DNA from: Scyliorhinus canicula
Taxonomy: Eukaryota
Assembly (NCBI RefSeq): GCF_902713615.1
Contig: NW_024055456.1
Span: 124,001-188,000, forward strand
Direction: 5' to 3'
Length of the DNA stretch: 64,000 nucleotides
Both the position numbers and the translations under genes were made by a program. Of this stretch, positions 24,886 through 37,030 are shown piece by piece. Below the pieces are notes generated by a model. It did no database searches. It was not told the origin of the DNA and saw nothing but the letters and a program-made list of their open reading frames with translations. Each line of letters begins with the position of its first letter. Positions within the stretch are counted from its first letter, which is position 1.

Positions 24886-25469
24886 AAGTCAACATGTGCC
24901 GAATATAATCTCTCAGCGCAATCTCACCCCATTGGCTTCCAACTAAATGGATCGAATCCAATTAATTGGAATACATAGAGGGAGTTTTACTCTAAAATGT
25001 GATTGGAGCATTCAATTACCCTGTAGTGTTTAATGAGAACTGTGGAGAAACATTTACCCTGTGTCTACCCTGAGCTGAAGAGGGTGGTGAGGATTTGATG
25101 TGGCAGTGCCGAAGGATCTTTCCCTCTTTCTAACCAGAGATAGATAGTTTCTTGATTAATAAGGGATCAAGGGTTATGGCACGAAGGCAGGAGATAGACT
25201 TTTCGAAACATAATAGTTGTGATTGAATGTGGAGTGCACTCGATTGGCCTAATCGTCGAATTCTGCTCCTGTGTCTTATAGTTTTATGGTAGGAAGACAA
25301 TCTATGGACTATCTTAGAATAGATAGGTACCTGATTGCCATCGCAGATATGGTGGGTGAAGGGCATCTTTCTGTATTGTAAACCTCTAACTCTCCATGAC
25401 TCTATGACAAGGTCTAAAACGATTTTCACTCACATAGGGTGGAGATTAACCAAAACTAATCTAATAATA

Positions 25470-25715
25470 TTTTTATCACAAGTAAGCTGACATTAGCACT
25501 GCAATGAAGTCACTGTGAAAAGATCCCAGTTGCCACATTCCGCCGCCTGTTTGGGTACACAGGCGGAGAATTCAGAATGTCCAAATTACAGAACTGCACA
25601 TCTTTCGGGACTTGTGGGAGGGAGCCGGAGCACCCAATGGAAACCCACGCGGACATGGGGAGAACGTGCTGACTCCGCATAGACTGGGACTCTGGCGCTG
25701 TGAAGCAATTGTGCT
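25470..25715 (-). mobile_element. SINE with HE1-like core and GTGACAATAAA-type tail (diverged)
   Basis: Core and tail match 63668-63960. Confidence 0.65.
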
Positions 25716-26296
25716 ACTGAGATTGGATCTAGTGTAGTGATTCCTGATGCAAGGTCTAGACTAACGTAAACGGAGACAGGTTCTCGTGCAGACGAGATTA
25801 CCCTTAAATGATATAGGATATAAAGCAGTGATTATTGATTCAGGGTCTGGAATATTATAAACTGAGGCATGCTCTATTGCAGTCATTCCTGCTGCAGGGT
25901 CTGGATTAATATATGTGTAAAGACTTAATAGGTCAGATGATTAAAAACTTGGTTATTTGGGATGATTGTATTAAGGGAATTGAGGTAAAGAGGAGTAGGG
26001 AATGAATACCAGAGCTTAGGGCCGAGACGTATGAAGACATCGCAAAGCGAAACAATTAATTCTGAACATAACTTAATGTCTTGATGAATTACAGTTGCAA
26101 AACCCAAGAACAATATTTTATATGCACACCTATGCGAACGGCCAATCCTTTTTTGAAGTGAAGTCACTTGCTCTTCTTAACCAGATGAGAGTTCTATGAT
26201 TGGGCGGACATTTATCCTGTGGGTGCCAATCTGGTGATTCTGTTAGAGCACTGTTCTGTCTAACACTGTCAGTATATTAGGCGTATAGTGAATATA

Positions 26297-26688
26297 CTGG
26301 GCAGCAGGGTAGCACTGGGCAGCAGGGTAGCATCTGGGCAGCAGGGTAGCATGGTGGTTAGCATAAATGCTTCACAGCTCCAGGGTCCCAGGTTCGATTC
26401 CCGGCTGGGTCACTGTCTGTGTGGAGTCTGCACGTCCTCCCCCTGTGTGCGTGGGTTTCCTCCGGGTGCTCCGGTTTCCTCCCACAGTCCAAAGATGTGC
26501 GGGTTAGGTGGATTGGCCATGCTAAATTGCCCGTAGTGTCCTAAAAAGTAAGCTTAAGAGGGGGGGGGGGGGGTTGTTGGGTTACGGGTATAGGGTGGAT
26601 ACGTGGGTTTGAGTAGGGTGATCATGGCTCGGCACAACATTGAGGGCCGAAGGGCCTGTTGTGTGCTGTACTGTTCTATGTCTATGTT
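26297..26688 (+). mobile_element. HE1-like SINE with triplicated 18-bp 5' end
   Basis: CTGGGCAGCAGGGTAGCA three times at 26297-26351, then a full SINE; empty site near 16900. Confidence 0.9.
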
Positions 26689-27757
26689 AAAACGAGGCAG
26701 GAAAAGAATCCTCACCATGAAACAACTTTGCAATGGATAGAGTATAATACAAGAGTAAATTCATCATTTTGAACAAAACAGAGATTTCCATTAACTTTTG
26801 GAAATTGTAGTGCAGCGATGTTCACATGTAGACCTGTCCCTCAAGCCCAGTTCATTACTGGGACGGTGGTAAAATATTAAACTCAATATTACCCACATGA
26901 TAGCAGAGCAAATACACATTTCCGAGAACTACTTATAGGTATTAACAAGAATTAATATAATCTCCAAATCAGCAATGATTGTACTCGTACAAACAAGCAA
27001 ATATATAACATAATTTATAATATCGAGACAGGCAACAGGAATATGGTTCGGTGTAATATAAACAGAGACTGGTGTGCTATTTTTGGAATAACTGATATTT
27101 TAGATGGAGCCAGTGGAATTCCCATTCACCATTGCCATCCCGTCAGAATAAGACCCAAGGCTAGTAAAAGACCAGCCTCTGAAAATTAAATTGACTCATG
27201 TAAGACTGGACCCATAGTTTGAACTTTAGATTCACCGAGCAATATTTCAGAATGTCAAAATGCAAACCATGATAGGTTAACAGTCTTTTCTCAGTGGAAT
27301 CACTATCACCTCCCACAACAGATACCTGAGCCCATGCCCCAGACCTGTGATCCAATGCAGAAGGTGTGTTTAATGTTCAATTGTTCCATCTTTTCGATGC
27401 GGTGATATTACAGTCTTCTGGATAGTCTCGCAATATTATTACAGAACGGGTAATCTGGAGGCCTGAGCTAATACTCCATACACAGGAGTACACATTCCAC
27501 CAGGGCATATTGAAATGTTGTGAACAGTTTTGGTCTTATATAAGGATTGATATTTTAGAGGCAGTCCAGAGAAAGTTCTTTAGGTAAATCCCGAGTGTGG
27601 AGGGATTTTCAAAGGTAGGTAGCATTTCACAGCACAGAAAGAGTCTCCTCGGCCCATCGTTACTCTACCTGTCAGCAAATAAAGAAGAATCCGGCCTTGA
27701 AACACAGACCTTGCGGTAAACAGCCAAACACGCTGACCAATTGCACCATGGAGACTG

Positions 27758-27921
27758 TGGCCATGATGTGGAGATGCTGGCATTGAACTGGGGTGAACAC
27801 AATAAGAAGCCTTACAACACCAGGTTAAAGTCCAACAGGTTTGTTTCAAACACTAGCTCTCAGAGCACTGCTCCCACCTGAGGAGGGAGTTTAACCTGGT
27901 GTTGTAAGACTTCTTACTGTG
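27758..27921. mobile_element. Miniature Penelope-derived fold-back insertion with 13-bp TSD
   Basis: Two inverted pLTR ends (CTTACAACACCAGGTTAA ... TTAACCTGGTGTTGTAAG); TSD ACCATGGAGACTG/ACCACAGAGACTG; empty site at 19045-19057. Confidence 0.8.
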
Positions 27922-29867
27922 ACCACAGAGACTGAAATGGGGAGAGCTTAAGTGGGTTAGGCCTACACGAATTGGAGTTTAGAAGAATCAGAGGCGAAGT
28001 TACTGAGATATATAGTATTCTCAGGGGGCTTGACAGTGTAGATGCTGGAGATTGTTCCCACTTTTGGGAGAGTTTAGGACCATAGGACACAATCACAGAG
28101 TAAGGTGCCACTCATTTCAGACGAGGATGAAGAGGAATTTCTTCTCTCAGAGCGTAGTGCCTCTATAGAATCATTTGCTGTAGAGAGTTCGCCTGGTCAA
28201 TAAATATGTTCAAGGCTGAGACAGACAGATTTTTAATCAGTAAGCGAATCAAGGGTTATGGGGATAAAGTGGAAATGTGGAGTTGAGGATTTTACCAGAT
28301 TTGCCACGATTTCATTGAATGGCGGATCATATTACATGAGCCGAATGGCCAAGTTCTGCTGCAAATCTTATGGTTTTGTGGCAGCTGTAGAGACTTTCTA
28401 TTGAATGACTTAATCAATCATCCAAAAATCGTCGCGTCATTTATAATACTTCCGAAGCAATCGAAATTTCGCAACGCCCAGCAGGTTCACCAGCGTCCTT
28501 CAGGAGAAGAAAGCTTCCATCCTTACTCTGTCTGGCCCATATGTGACTCTAGTTCAACAGTGATGTGGTTGACTATTAACTATCTTTAATATTGCCGAGC
28601 AAGCAAGTCAGTTGAAGGGAAGCTGCTACTGAAAGTCAAATGTGAATAAAATCGCTCGAAGTGAACCTCATCAAAAAGGTGGTTCACATCCGGCTTCTCA
28701 GGATGGACAGTTAATGATGGCTATATGGCGAGAATGAATATAAAACTGTGCAAAGTGCTGCAGATTCTGGAAATCTAAAACAAAAACAACAAAAAAGATT
28801 GAGGAGCAGGACAGTGGGCATCAGCAGAGAGAGAAACAGATTCACAGTTCAGGTGGATTACCTCACTGATATAATTCTAAAGAGCAGAGCTGCTTTTCCC
28901 AGTATCTTGGACCAATGTCCGTTCTTGAACTAAGCTCACAGATTAGCTGGTCACTTATCACATCTCAGTTTGTGGGAGCTTGCTGTGCACAAATTCCCTG
29001 CTCCGTTTCCGACATTACAGCGGTGACTAAATTCAGCAAAAATATATCAGTGAGTTTTAAGGGCGTTGGGATGACCTGAGGTCGGGTAAAGTGTTTTACA
29101 AAATCAAGCTCTTTCCAAACGTTAACATTTTAAAATGCAAGTTGTAATATGTCGACTGATCAGAGATTAATGTGACTATCGATCACTCCTCTGCCTGATG
29201 TTTTAATCTATCTACTTTAAATCGTTTAATATTTCAATCAAATTAACATTCAGTGGAAAAGTAGCTGGTTAAAGATGCTTTATTAATTGAGGCATCAGAA
29301 CTTTCAGAATGAATACTTAATTTAAAGTTTTTTTTATTTCAATTAAGTAACATCTGTCCTAATGGAAGTTTCTATTCATTTTAACCTACTGTCAATATTC
29401 CTAAAATAAACCGCTATTTTGAGGTAAAACTGATCAATATGTGAATGTGTTTATCTCGTTTTGCTGACATGAACATTTCATTGTGACCAGTGAAGTGTTT
29501 ATGTAAATAAACACAGAAATAGAAGTTCCAGATCAGATTGCGGACTGAGAAAAGAGAAACAAACGTTTCCCCACCAACACAGCACAAAAATAGAGCCAAA
29601 GATGGAAATAGATCAACGGATTCCAGTAGTGTTTATTTTTCGACATTTTTTTATGAATCAGTTATATGAGAAAAATGTCATTATGATATCCATGTTCATA
29701 ATTAGGAAAGATCCCCTCTAATCTCTAAATATAAGAGCATGCAAGTGTGTTCGTAGAATTTTCCTGTATCCTATCTCTCTCAATGTCTTTCTCATATCTG
29801 GTTCTATCTCATGTCTCTCCACGAAGGGTCATTGTCTTTAATCGACATGTGGCAACAATAATAACAA

Positions 29868-30001
29868 TTTTACTGTGAAAAGCCCCATGTCGTCACATTC
29901 TGGCGCCTGTTCCGGTAAGCTGGAACAGGAATTGAACGCGCGCTGCTGGTCTTGTTCTGCATCACAAACCAGCTGTCTAGCCCACTGAGCTAAACCAGCC
30001 C
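29868..30001 (-). mobile_element. Short tRNA-derived SINE (diverged)
   Basis: Family match. Confidence 0.7.
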
Positions 30002-30189
30002 TCTCAGCCTGAACTCACCCCGTTGGCTTCCAACTAAATGCACCGAATCCAATATATTGGAATCCGGCGAGGGAGTTTTATGCTAAAATGAGGTTGGAGT
30101 ATTCAATGATCTTGGGGTGTTTAATGAGAACTGTAGAGACAAGTTTCCTCTATATCTGATCTGGGCTGCACGTGGTGGTTGAGGATTTG

Positions 30190-30690
30190 ATGTGGCAGGG
30201 CAGAAGAATCCTTCCTTGCACTTTATCCAGCTGCCGAGACCTTGGAGCATTTGACTGAAGAGTGTAGAGCAAGTTTACTTGCATGTAACGTGCACTGAAC
30301 CTGCCCTGTGAGTGTCTGATCTCACTGTGTATAGGGAGATTTACTCCGTATCTGAACAATGCTGTACCTGACCTGGGTGAGTTTGATAGGAAAATGCAGA
30401 GGTTTCTTACCCTGTAACTAACCCCACTGTCAACCTGTGTTGGGGATCTCTGAAGGAAGAGTGCAGAAGAGGTTTTACCTGATATAGAACCTTTGGTTAT
30501 TCGGCCTTTAATGTGTTTGAGCGAGTTATGTAGAGGGAATTTCATTCTATATCAAAACAATCTGCAGCTGCTCTGAGAATGTTTGATGGGGACAGTGTGA
30601 GGGAGTTTCTCTTTGTCTCCAACCTGTGATGCCCCTGTCCTGTTAGTATTTGAAGGGACACTAGGCCCTGCCACTGTATTGTACCAGGCC
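30190..30690. repeat. Degenerate minisatellite of about 70 bp
   Basis: Recurrent GAGTTTACT/CTGTACCTG/GTTTGATGGGACAGTGT motifs. Confidence 0.6.
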
Positions 30691-31904
30691 GTGAGCCCAT
30701 CTCTGTTTATGTTATACTACCTTGTACCTTTGTCAGTTTATATTAAATAAGGGCCTATTTATCTTTGTTCATATTAAACTAGGCCACAAATTAGAGGACA
30801 TGTATTGATCAACGAGGCATTCAGGAGTTATCGGGAGAATGCAGGAGAATGGGGATTAGGAACATATTGGCCATGATTTAATGGCAGAGCAGTTGCGATG
30901 GGTCGAATGGCCTAATTCCGCTCCTTCATCTTTTGGACTTAGGGACCCTGTTTGTCTCTCTTTACATTAACCTACACCCGACTCTGTTTCTAGTAATTTA
31001 AATCTGTCTCTGTTTGTATTACATTAGATACAGCCTCAGTTCTGCGCCGGGCCATGTCTCTTCATATTACCCGGCCTCAGTAATTGCTGCGGTAGACCAT
31101 GTACAGTAATTTGGAAAATGGCTGAGGTGGAAATTGTGAAGATTAAAAAAAACTGAGGGAACAGTGATAGTCTAAAATTCTTTAGAGAGCAATGTTGATC
31201 TATGTCCAGATAAACATCATACTCTGTCTTGTCAGCACCCTAGATGTGTGTACGTACAACCACAGATCTCTGATCTTCTTGCAGCCACTTCAAATTGTAC
31301 AACTGAACTTCTATTGCCTGGGCCTAATGTAATAAACTAAGGGAATGGACTAGTTGTAATTGTGTAACATAAACAAAGGACCATTAAATAAATAACTGAG
31401 ACAGATGCTAATGTTACAGCAACTTCATTCTCTTCACAGCAGGCACACAGTAGCTGCATTGTGTAACATCGACGGGATGCACTGCAGCAACTCGCCAAGA
31501 TTTCTTCAACAGCACCTTCCATACCCGAGACCTCCGAGAATCACAAGGGCAACAATCACATGGGAACACAATACTCTGCATCCTACTACACACCCAACTC
31601 TCTGGGGTAGGAATTGGTCTTGGGTACCAGCAAAGAAGAAATTATATCAAATGTAATTCTGCTGACTGCTCTGAAAATGTATATCAAATGTTGCATAGCA
31701 TACACTGTATACACTATATATCCGTTGCAGGTTGTTACCATATACTGATTTATCGTCCAAAATATGTATTATTATATTAGCTTTCCATCTCAAAGACATC
31801 TGCAATAATGCGCCCACAGTTAAAAGCAGAGGCATCATTCAGTGCATTAATAAAAATGCGCAGGTCTCGGAAAAAGTAGGCTAGAATCAGGATCAAATTC
31901 AGAA

Positions 31905-32190
31905 TCCCAACAAGGCAGAAGGCCACTCGGCCCATTGCATCTGCACCAACCTCTGAAGTATCACCCTCCTCATTCCCCCGCCCTTGCACCATGACCTGTG
32001 CATCCTTGGACACCGAGGGGCAATTTCGAATGGCCAATCCACCTAACCTGTACATATTTGGACTATGGGAGTAAACAGGAGCACCTGGAGGAAAGCCACT
32101 CAGACACAGGGAGAAAGTAAAAACTCCACGCAAACAGTCAGGACTGAACCCCGGCGCTTTGAGGCAGCAGTACTCCCCACTGCGCCACCC
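31905..32190 (-). mobile_element. Diverged HE1-like SINE
   Basis: Reverse complement contains the HE1 core and CR1-type tail. Confidence 0.7.
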
Positions 32191-32759
32191 TCCGCCGAAG
32201 GCATAATCAGAGACTGGGCCTAGTGTAATATCAACTGAATTCTGTTCTAGCGGAATGCAGATTGATACAAATTGGGACATGATCAATGCAGCAATAAGAG
32301 GGATATCGTACAATCCAAGAATAACAGAGGCAGGACCTAGTATTATGTAAACAGGGACATGTACATGTGCAGCATTAACTAAAGCAGGATTGTGTTTACT
32401 GGAATTTAACTATCTAGTAGAGTAATAACTGAGACCGAACAACTTGTGATGCAAACAGAACGTTGTTCCAGTTACGATGCACAGATAAACGTTCTGATGC
32501 TGTAACCATTGTGACGTGTTTCTTACTAGACTACCCGAGACATGGGTCAGTGCGTCATAATTACGGATTTGTAATATAAACAGGGTGTGGGCCCCGGATA
32601 TTAATAACTGATATTCAGCCGAGTGCAGGAAAACTGAGACAGGACCTGCTGCAATGTGATAGAGACATGGCCGAGTGTAATGTAAACAGAGGTGGGGGCA
32701 AGGTGAATGTAAGCAGAAAATGATATGTTTAAAATGATTTAATGGGATCTTGGAGTCGG

Positions 32760-34150
32760 CAGTAACGTCAACATTTGCTGTCAATTCCTCATTTCCCTTG
32801 AGAATGTGGTGCTGAGGCCGCTTTATAAACCATTGCACTCCATACTGAGTACGTACACCCACAGAGCTGACAGGAAGGGAGGTCCAGGATTTTGACCAGT
32901 GACAGTGAAGGAACAGAGACATAGTTCCCATCAAGGTGGTGCGAGGCCTGGTGGGTAACTTGCAGGTCCTGCTGTTACAGTGCATCTGCCGGGCCTGGTC
33001 CTTTTAGACGACTAAGTTGCTGTGTTGGAAGGTGCTACAGAAGGAGGCAGTTGCTGCATTAGATCCTTGTACGTCGTTCAAGCTACTAGAATTGTGCACC
33101 CGTGATGCAGGGAGAGAATGTTGAAGTTGGTGGATGGGGTGTTCGTCGAGCCGTCTGCTCTGCCCTGGATGGCGTCAAGATCTCACGTGTTGCTTAAGGG
33201 GCACACGTGAGACCAATGGAAAATATTCAGTCAAACTCCTGACTTCAGCGGTATAGATGATGAATAGAGGTTGGGAAGTCGCGAGGTGAGTTACTCACCG
33301 CAGAAGTTCCAGCCACTGACCTGCTCTTGTAGCCATATTTTTTAAATGTTCAGTTTTTGAGCAATGATAATGCCGAGGATATTGATATTGGGGGAATTCA
33401 ATCACGGTGGTATAATTTTAAATCTAGGAGAGACGGTTAGAATCTCGCTTTTTGGGATGGTCATTGCCCGACACTTGCCAGCCTAAACCTGAATGTTGTC
33501 CAAGTTTAACTTCAGTATTTGAGGAGTCGAATATGGTGCAGAACATTGGGTAATCATCAGCGAACATCCTCACTTCTGACCTTATGATGAAGGGTTAAGC
33601 TAGGGCCGGGGGCACTATCCCAGGACACTATACGTTACTGGATGATCCTTGACACTTTTTATAAAGTTCCTGATGGATCAAAGGCGGACTGATCGGGAAA
33701 TAATTGGCTGGGTTGGATTTATCCTGCGTTTTGTGAAAGGGTCATGTTTGGCAATGTTACACATTGTTGGGTACAAGCCAGTGCTGTATCTGCACTGCAG
33801 CAAGTTTTCTGGGGCCCAGCCAGTTCTGGAACACAAATCATCAGAATTGTTGGTATAATGTTGCCAGGTCGAATAACGTTTGCAGCGCTGTCAGCCATTT
33901 CTTGATATCGTGTGGAGGGATCTAATTTGCTGAAGACTGACATCCATGATGATTCAGACCACCGGAGGAGGCCGAGATGGATCATCCTCTCGGCACCTCT
34001 GGCAGGAACTTTCAGTCTTGTTTTTTGCACTGACGTGCTGGGCTCCCGCATCATTGAAGAGGGGAATGTTATTGAGGCTCCTGATCCGGCTATTTGTTTA
34101 ATTGTTCATTACTATTCAGGACTGGATGTTGGTGAACTGCAAAGGTAGAT
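32760..34150 (-). mobile_element. Degenerate CR1/L2-type LINE fragments
   Basis: Peptide remnants such as RPGNIIPTILMICVPELAGP; 3' UTR similar to 6525-7110 and 37150-38030. Confidence 0.6.
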
Positions 34151-35099
34151 CCTATCCATTAAAAATAGGATCACAGTGATTGTGTGACATAAACATTGAC
34201 ATGTACTAGTGCAGTGTTAATTGAAACAGAGTGCCGTGTAATGTAAACAGAGACAGAGTCTAGTCTAAAATAAAACAGATGGAGCCCAATTTAAAATTAA
34301 CAGAGACAGGGATTAGTGCAGTAATTATTGAGGCAATGTCTGCTTCATGTAATGTGAAGCATCTCGATTTAAATTCCATCTGCTGGCCAAACTTTGCAAT
34401 TGCAGTTACTGTGAAAATATTGCTGTCAGGTATGATCCATGATGTAGATGGGTCAATAATTCATTTCCACAAATGTAATATCACATCGCGTTCTGCAGAG
34501 CTGCTATAATCTAAGGTTTAACTCATTGCAGGTGTTGGTGGCTAATTCTTGCGCAGTGAGGTCAGTGCCAGAGCAAAGCGGCTCAATCCCTGGTCGCGCG
34601 TTTTTGTTCATGTTTGTTAAATGGATGAGTGTTTCCTGGGACCTGTATGGAGTCCATGGGAAATTTAACATTTACCTTAACGTACATGATGTTGGGGCGA
34701 TTTTGTTGCTTCATTATACCAGCTGAAAGATGGTTGGGGCCATTGACTCCAAAGCCTCCAAGGAAGTTAAGATGGGATCTTAAATTGAAAGGGAAAATGT
34801 GGGTGTGCGTGTAAGACAGAGAGAATGCGTGTGTGAGAGACTGTGTATCTGTGTTTCGCTGTGGGTGTGCGAAAGCGAATTTTTGCGTGTCGTTGTGTGA
34901 AACAACATCGTGTTGTGTACAACTGGATTTCACTCAGGTCACAGGCATCCGTCTACTTCCAACAGATACACAACAAATATCCAATGATTTTGACGCAAGT
35001 GTTGCACATGAAGCTCCCAATTGTCGTTCTGGGTTTTCATTTTCTCGGTTTGTGTCTATTTCGAAGCTGCTAAATCCACTGGTCCAGGTGGCTCACACC

Positions 35100-37030
35100 A
35101 GCCCACTGAAAGTGTCCCTATTTTTTCATTTTGCTGCTGGTGACAACGAATTTCGATGCTCAATATTTAGGTTTAAGGATATTATGTCACACTTTGAAGA
35201 AACCTTGAAGTAGAATATCTGGCTTCCCACTGGATGCGTGGCTCCGGCTGCTTTGCGAAGTGGAAATTCTTTGGTCATGTGACCATCTTCCATTTGGAGA
35301 CCACACTAGAACCGTGCAACCCACCTCTTTTTCATTGTTTTGAAGGGACTTGGAAGCTCTGTCTTTGACAGCAATGCTTCATTTCTGATTTTGTCCTGCC
35401 AGTAAATATCCATAATGCACTGCGGACAACAAAGATGACATTTTTTTAAGCTATTTTTCTTCACAGCTCTAAGTGTTCCTTGTTTCACAGACATACGACA
35501 AGGTTTATAGAATCATAGAACTTACAGTGCAGAAGGAGATATTCGGCCCATCAAGTCCCTTGGAGAGAGCATCCTACCTAACCCATACCTCCATCCTATC
35601 CCCACATCTCCACCTTATTTCTGTAATCCCATTTCACCTTTGTTGGATACTAATGGCAATTTAGCATAGCCAATCCCCCTATCCAGCACATCTTTGGACT
35701 GTGGGAGCAAACCGGAGCACCTGGAGGAACCCATGCAGACACGGGGAAAACGTGCAGACTCCGCACAAACAGTAACCCAAGATGAAAATCGAACCGGGAA
35801 CACTGAAGCTGTGAAGCAACTGTGCTAACCAGTGTGTTACCTTGTTGACCTAAGGTTCTGAGAGTTTAGGCATTATAAACCATCAGCTCGTTCCAAAGCT
35901 TTATGTTATTCCATGGACATTTTAGTGAGTCAAACAAAGGTAGTATCTGCTTTCCCCATGTCAGGATCACGTTCTGCGTCAAGGCAGTATCTCAACATGG
36001 AAACTCGGGAGCAGAATCTGCTCACCGGCTCTTATTTAATGTGGGCATTGGCGAAAGTGCAACACCTTGTCCCACGACCACTGTTTTCCTCATGCTTATG
36101 GCAAGGAAGAACCAGGGGCTGGTTTATCTCACCAGGCTAAATCACTGGCTTTTAAAGCAGACCAAGCAGGCCAGCAGCACGGTTCGATTCCCGTACCAGC
36201 CTCCCCGGACAGGCGCCGGAATGTGGCGACTAGGGGCTTTTCACAGTAAATTAATTGAAGCCTACTCGTGACAATGAGCTATTTTCATTTCAGTTACAGG
36301 CACTGGGGACAGAGTCCATGAGTCCATGAGTCTCTGTAGCTTATGTTTTGTTTGGATGATCGAATTTTCAGCCTAGAGGAATTCTCTGAGGAGGATGTAT
36401 TGTGATAATGTCTCCATTTTCATGACTGAAAGGTTGTAGAGGTTGCAGCCTGACCGGGTGTGCTAGTGGATTTCATCCATATCTTCAGGGAAGGCGAAGA
36501 TCAGCAGCTTGAAGAGGAAGCTCCCGAATAGAGTTGGGTCAATGACACGGTCCTCTTTCACTCAATCATTCACTTAGAATCTGTCGGAAGTGGAATCATC
36601 AATCTGTATAATGCAGTGCATTTTGCAATGGAAGCAGTGAATGAGACAGGGAAGCTTTAGAAGGAAGACAAGTTTCCCCAAATCTTATAGTCCCTGTTCT
36701 GATGACAGTGTCGAATGTTTATTGATGTTGATGAAAGCACGGTGAAGAGGTAGACTTGTGGTATAGGGAACAGATCACGCCCAGAGTAAATCTTGCGACA
36801 CAAACACCGCACCGTGCTTCCAGCTACATTCGGCCTGCAAGCAGATGAAGTGTTTAAAATGTGAAGCTAGCAAAGGCCTTCCCAGTGCTGCTATAGAGTG
36901 AGATATGTCAATAGTTGCTGCAGTCTCCTCTGTCCACTTTGTTTTCAGATATTGATTATGATTTTGCATCTTCAATCTCCTGTGGGATGGCTTATATCTT
37001 CCATCAAAGAAGGCGTCGGTCATAAATGAG
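35100..37030 (-). mobile_element. RTE-clade LINE remnant interrupted by two SINEs (35515-35840 and 36115-36292)
   Basis: Minus-strand remnants AFININK-FDTVIRTG and IHCFHCKMHCIIQIDDSTSDRF*VND*VKEDRVIDPTLFG (about 36540-36740); C-terminal remnants at 35100-35480. Confidence 0.7.
36115..36292 (+). mobile_element. Short tRNA-derived SINE with (TTTCA)n tail
   Basis: Full-length; B box GGTTCGATTCC. Confidence 0.85.

Larger units (their letters stand above)
14445..25130. repeat. Tandem segmental duplication, copy A (expanded by later insertions)
   Basis: Colinear matches to 25131-30215, e.g. 14580-14740/25270-25430, 16500-17280/25900-27060, 18120-19950/27075-28650, 23050-25130/28660-30215. Confidence 0.85.
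25131..30215. repeat. Tandem segmental duplication, copy B
   Basis: See copy A; carries empty sites for copy A insertions, and copy A carries empty sites for copy B insertions. Confidence 0.85.

Noticed and set aside
29560-29630. Minus-strand LYFCAV / LYLCAV (paralog near 24330), resembling the end of a V exon
   Set aside because: No heptamer follows, and there is no upstream Trp/Cys framework in either copy.
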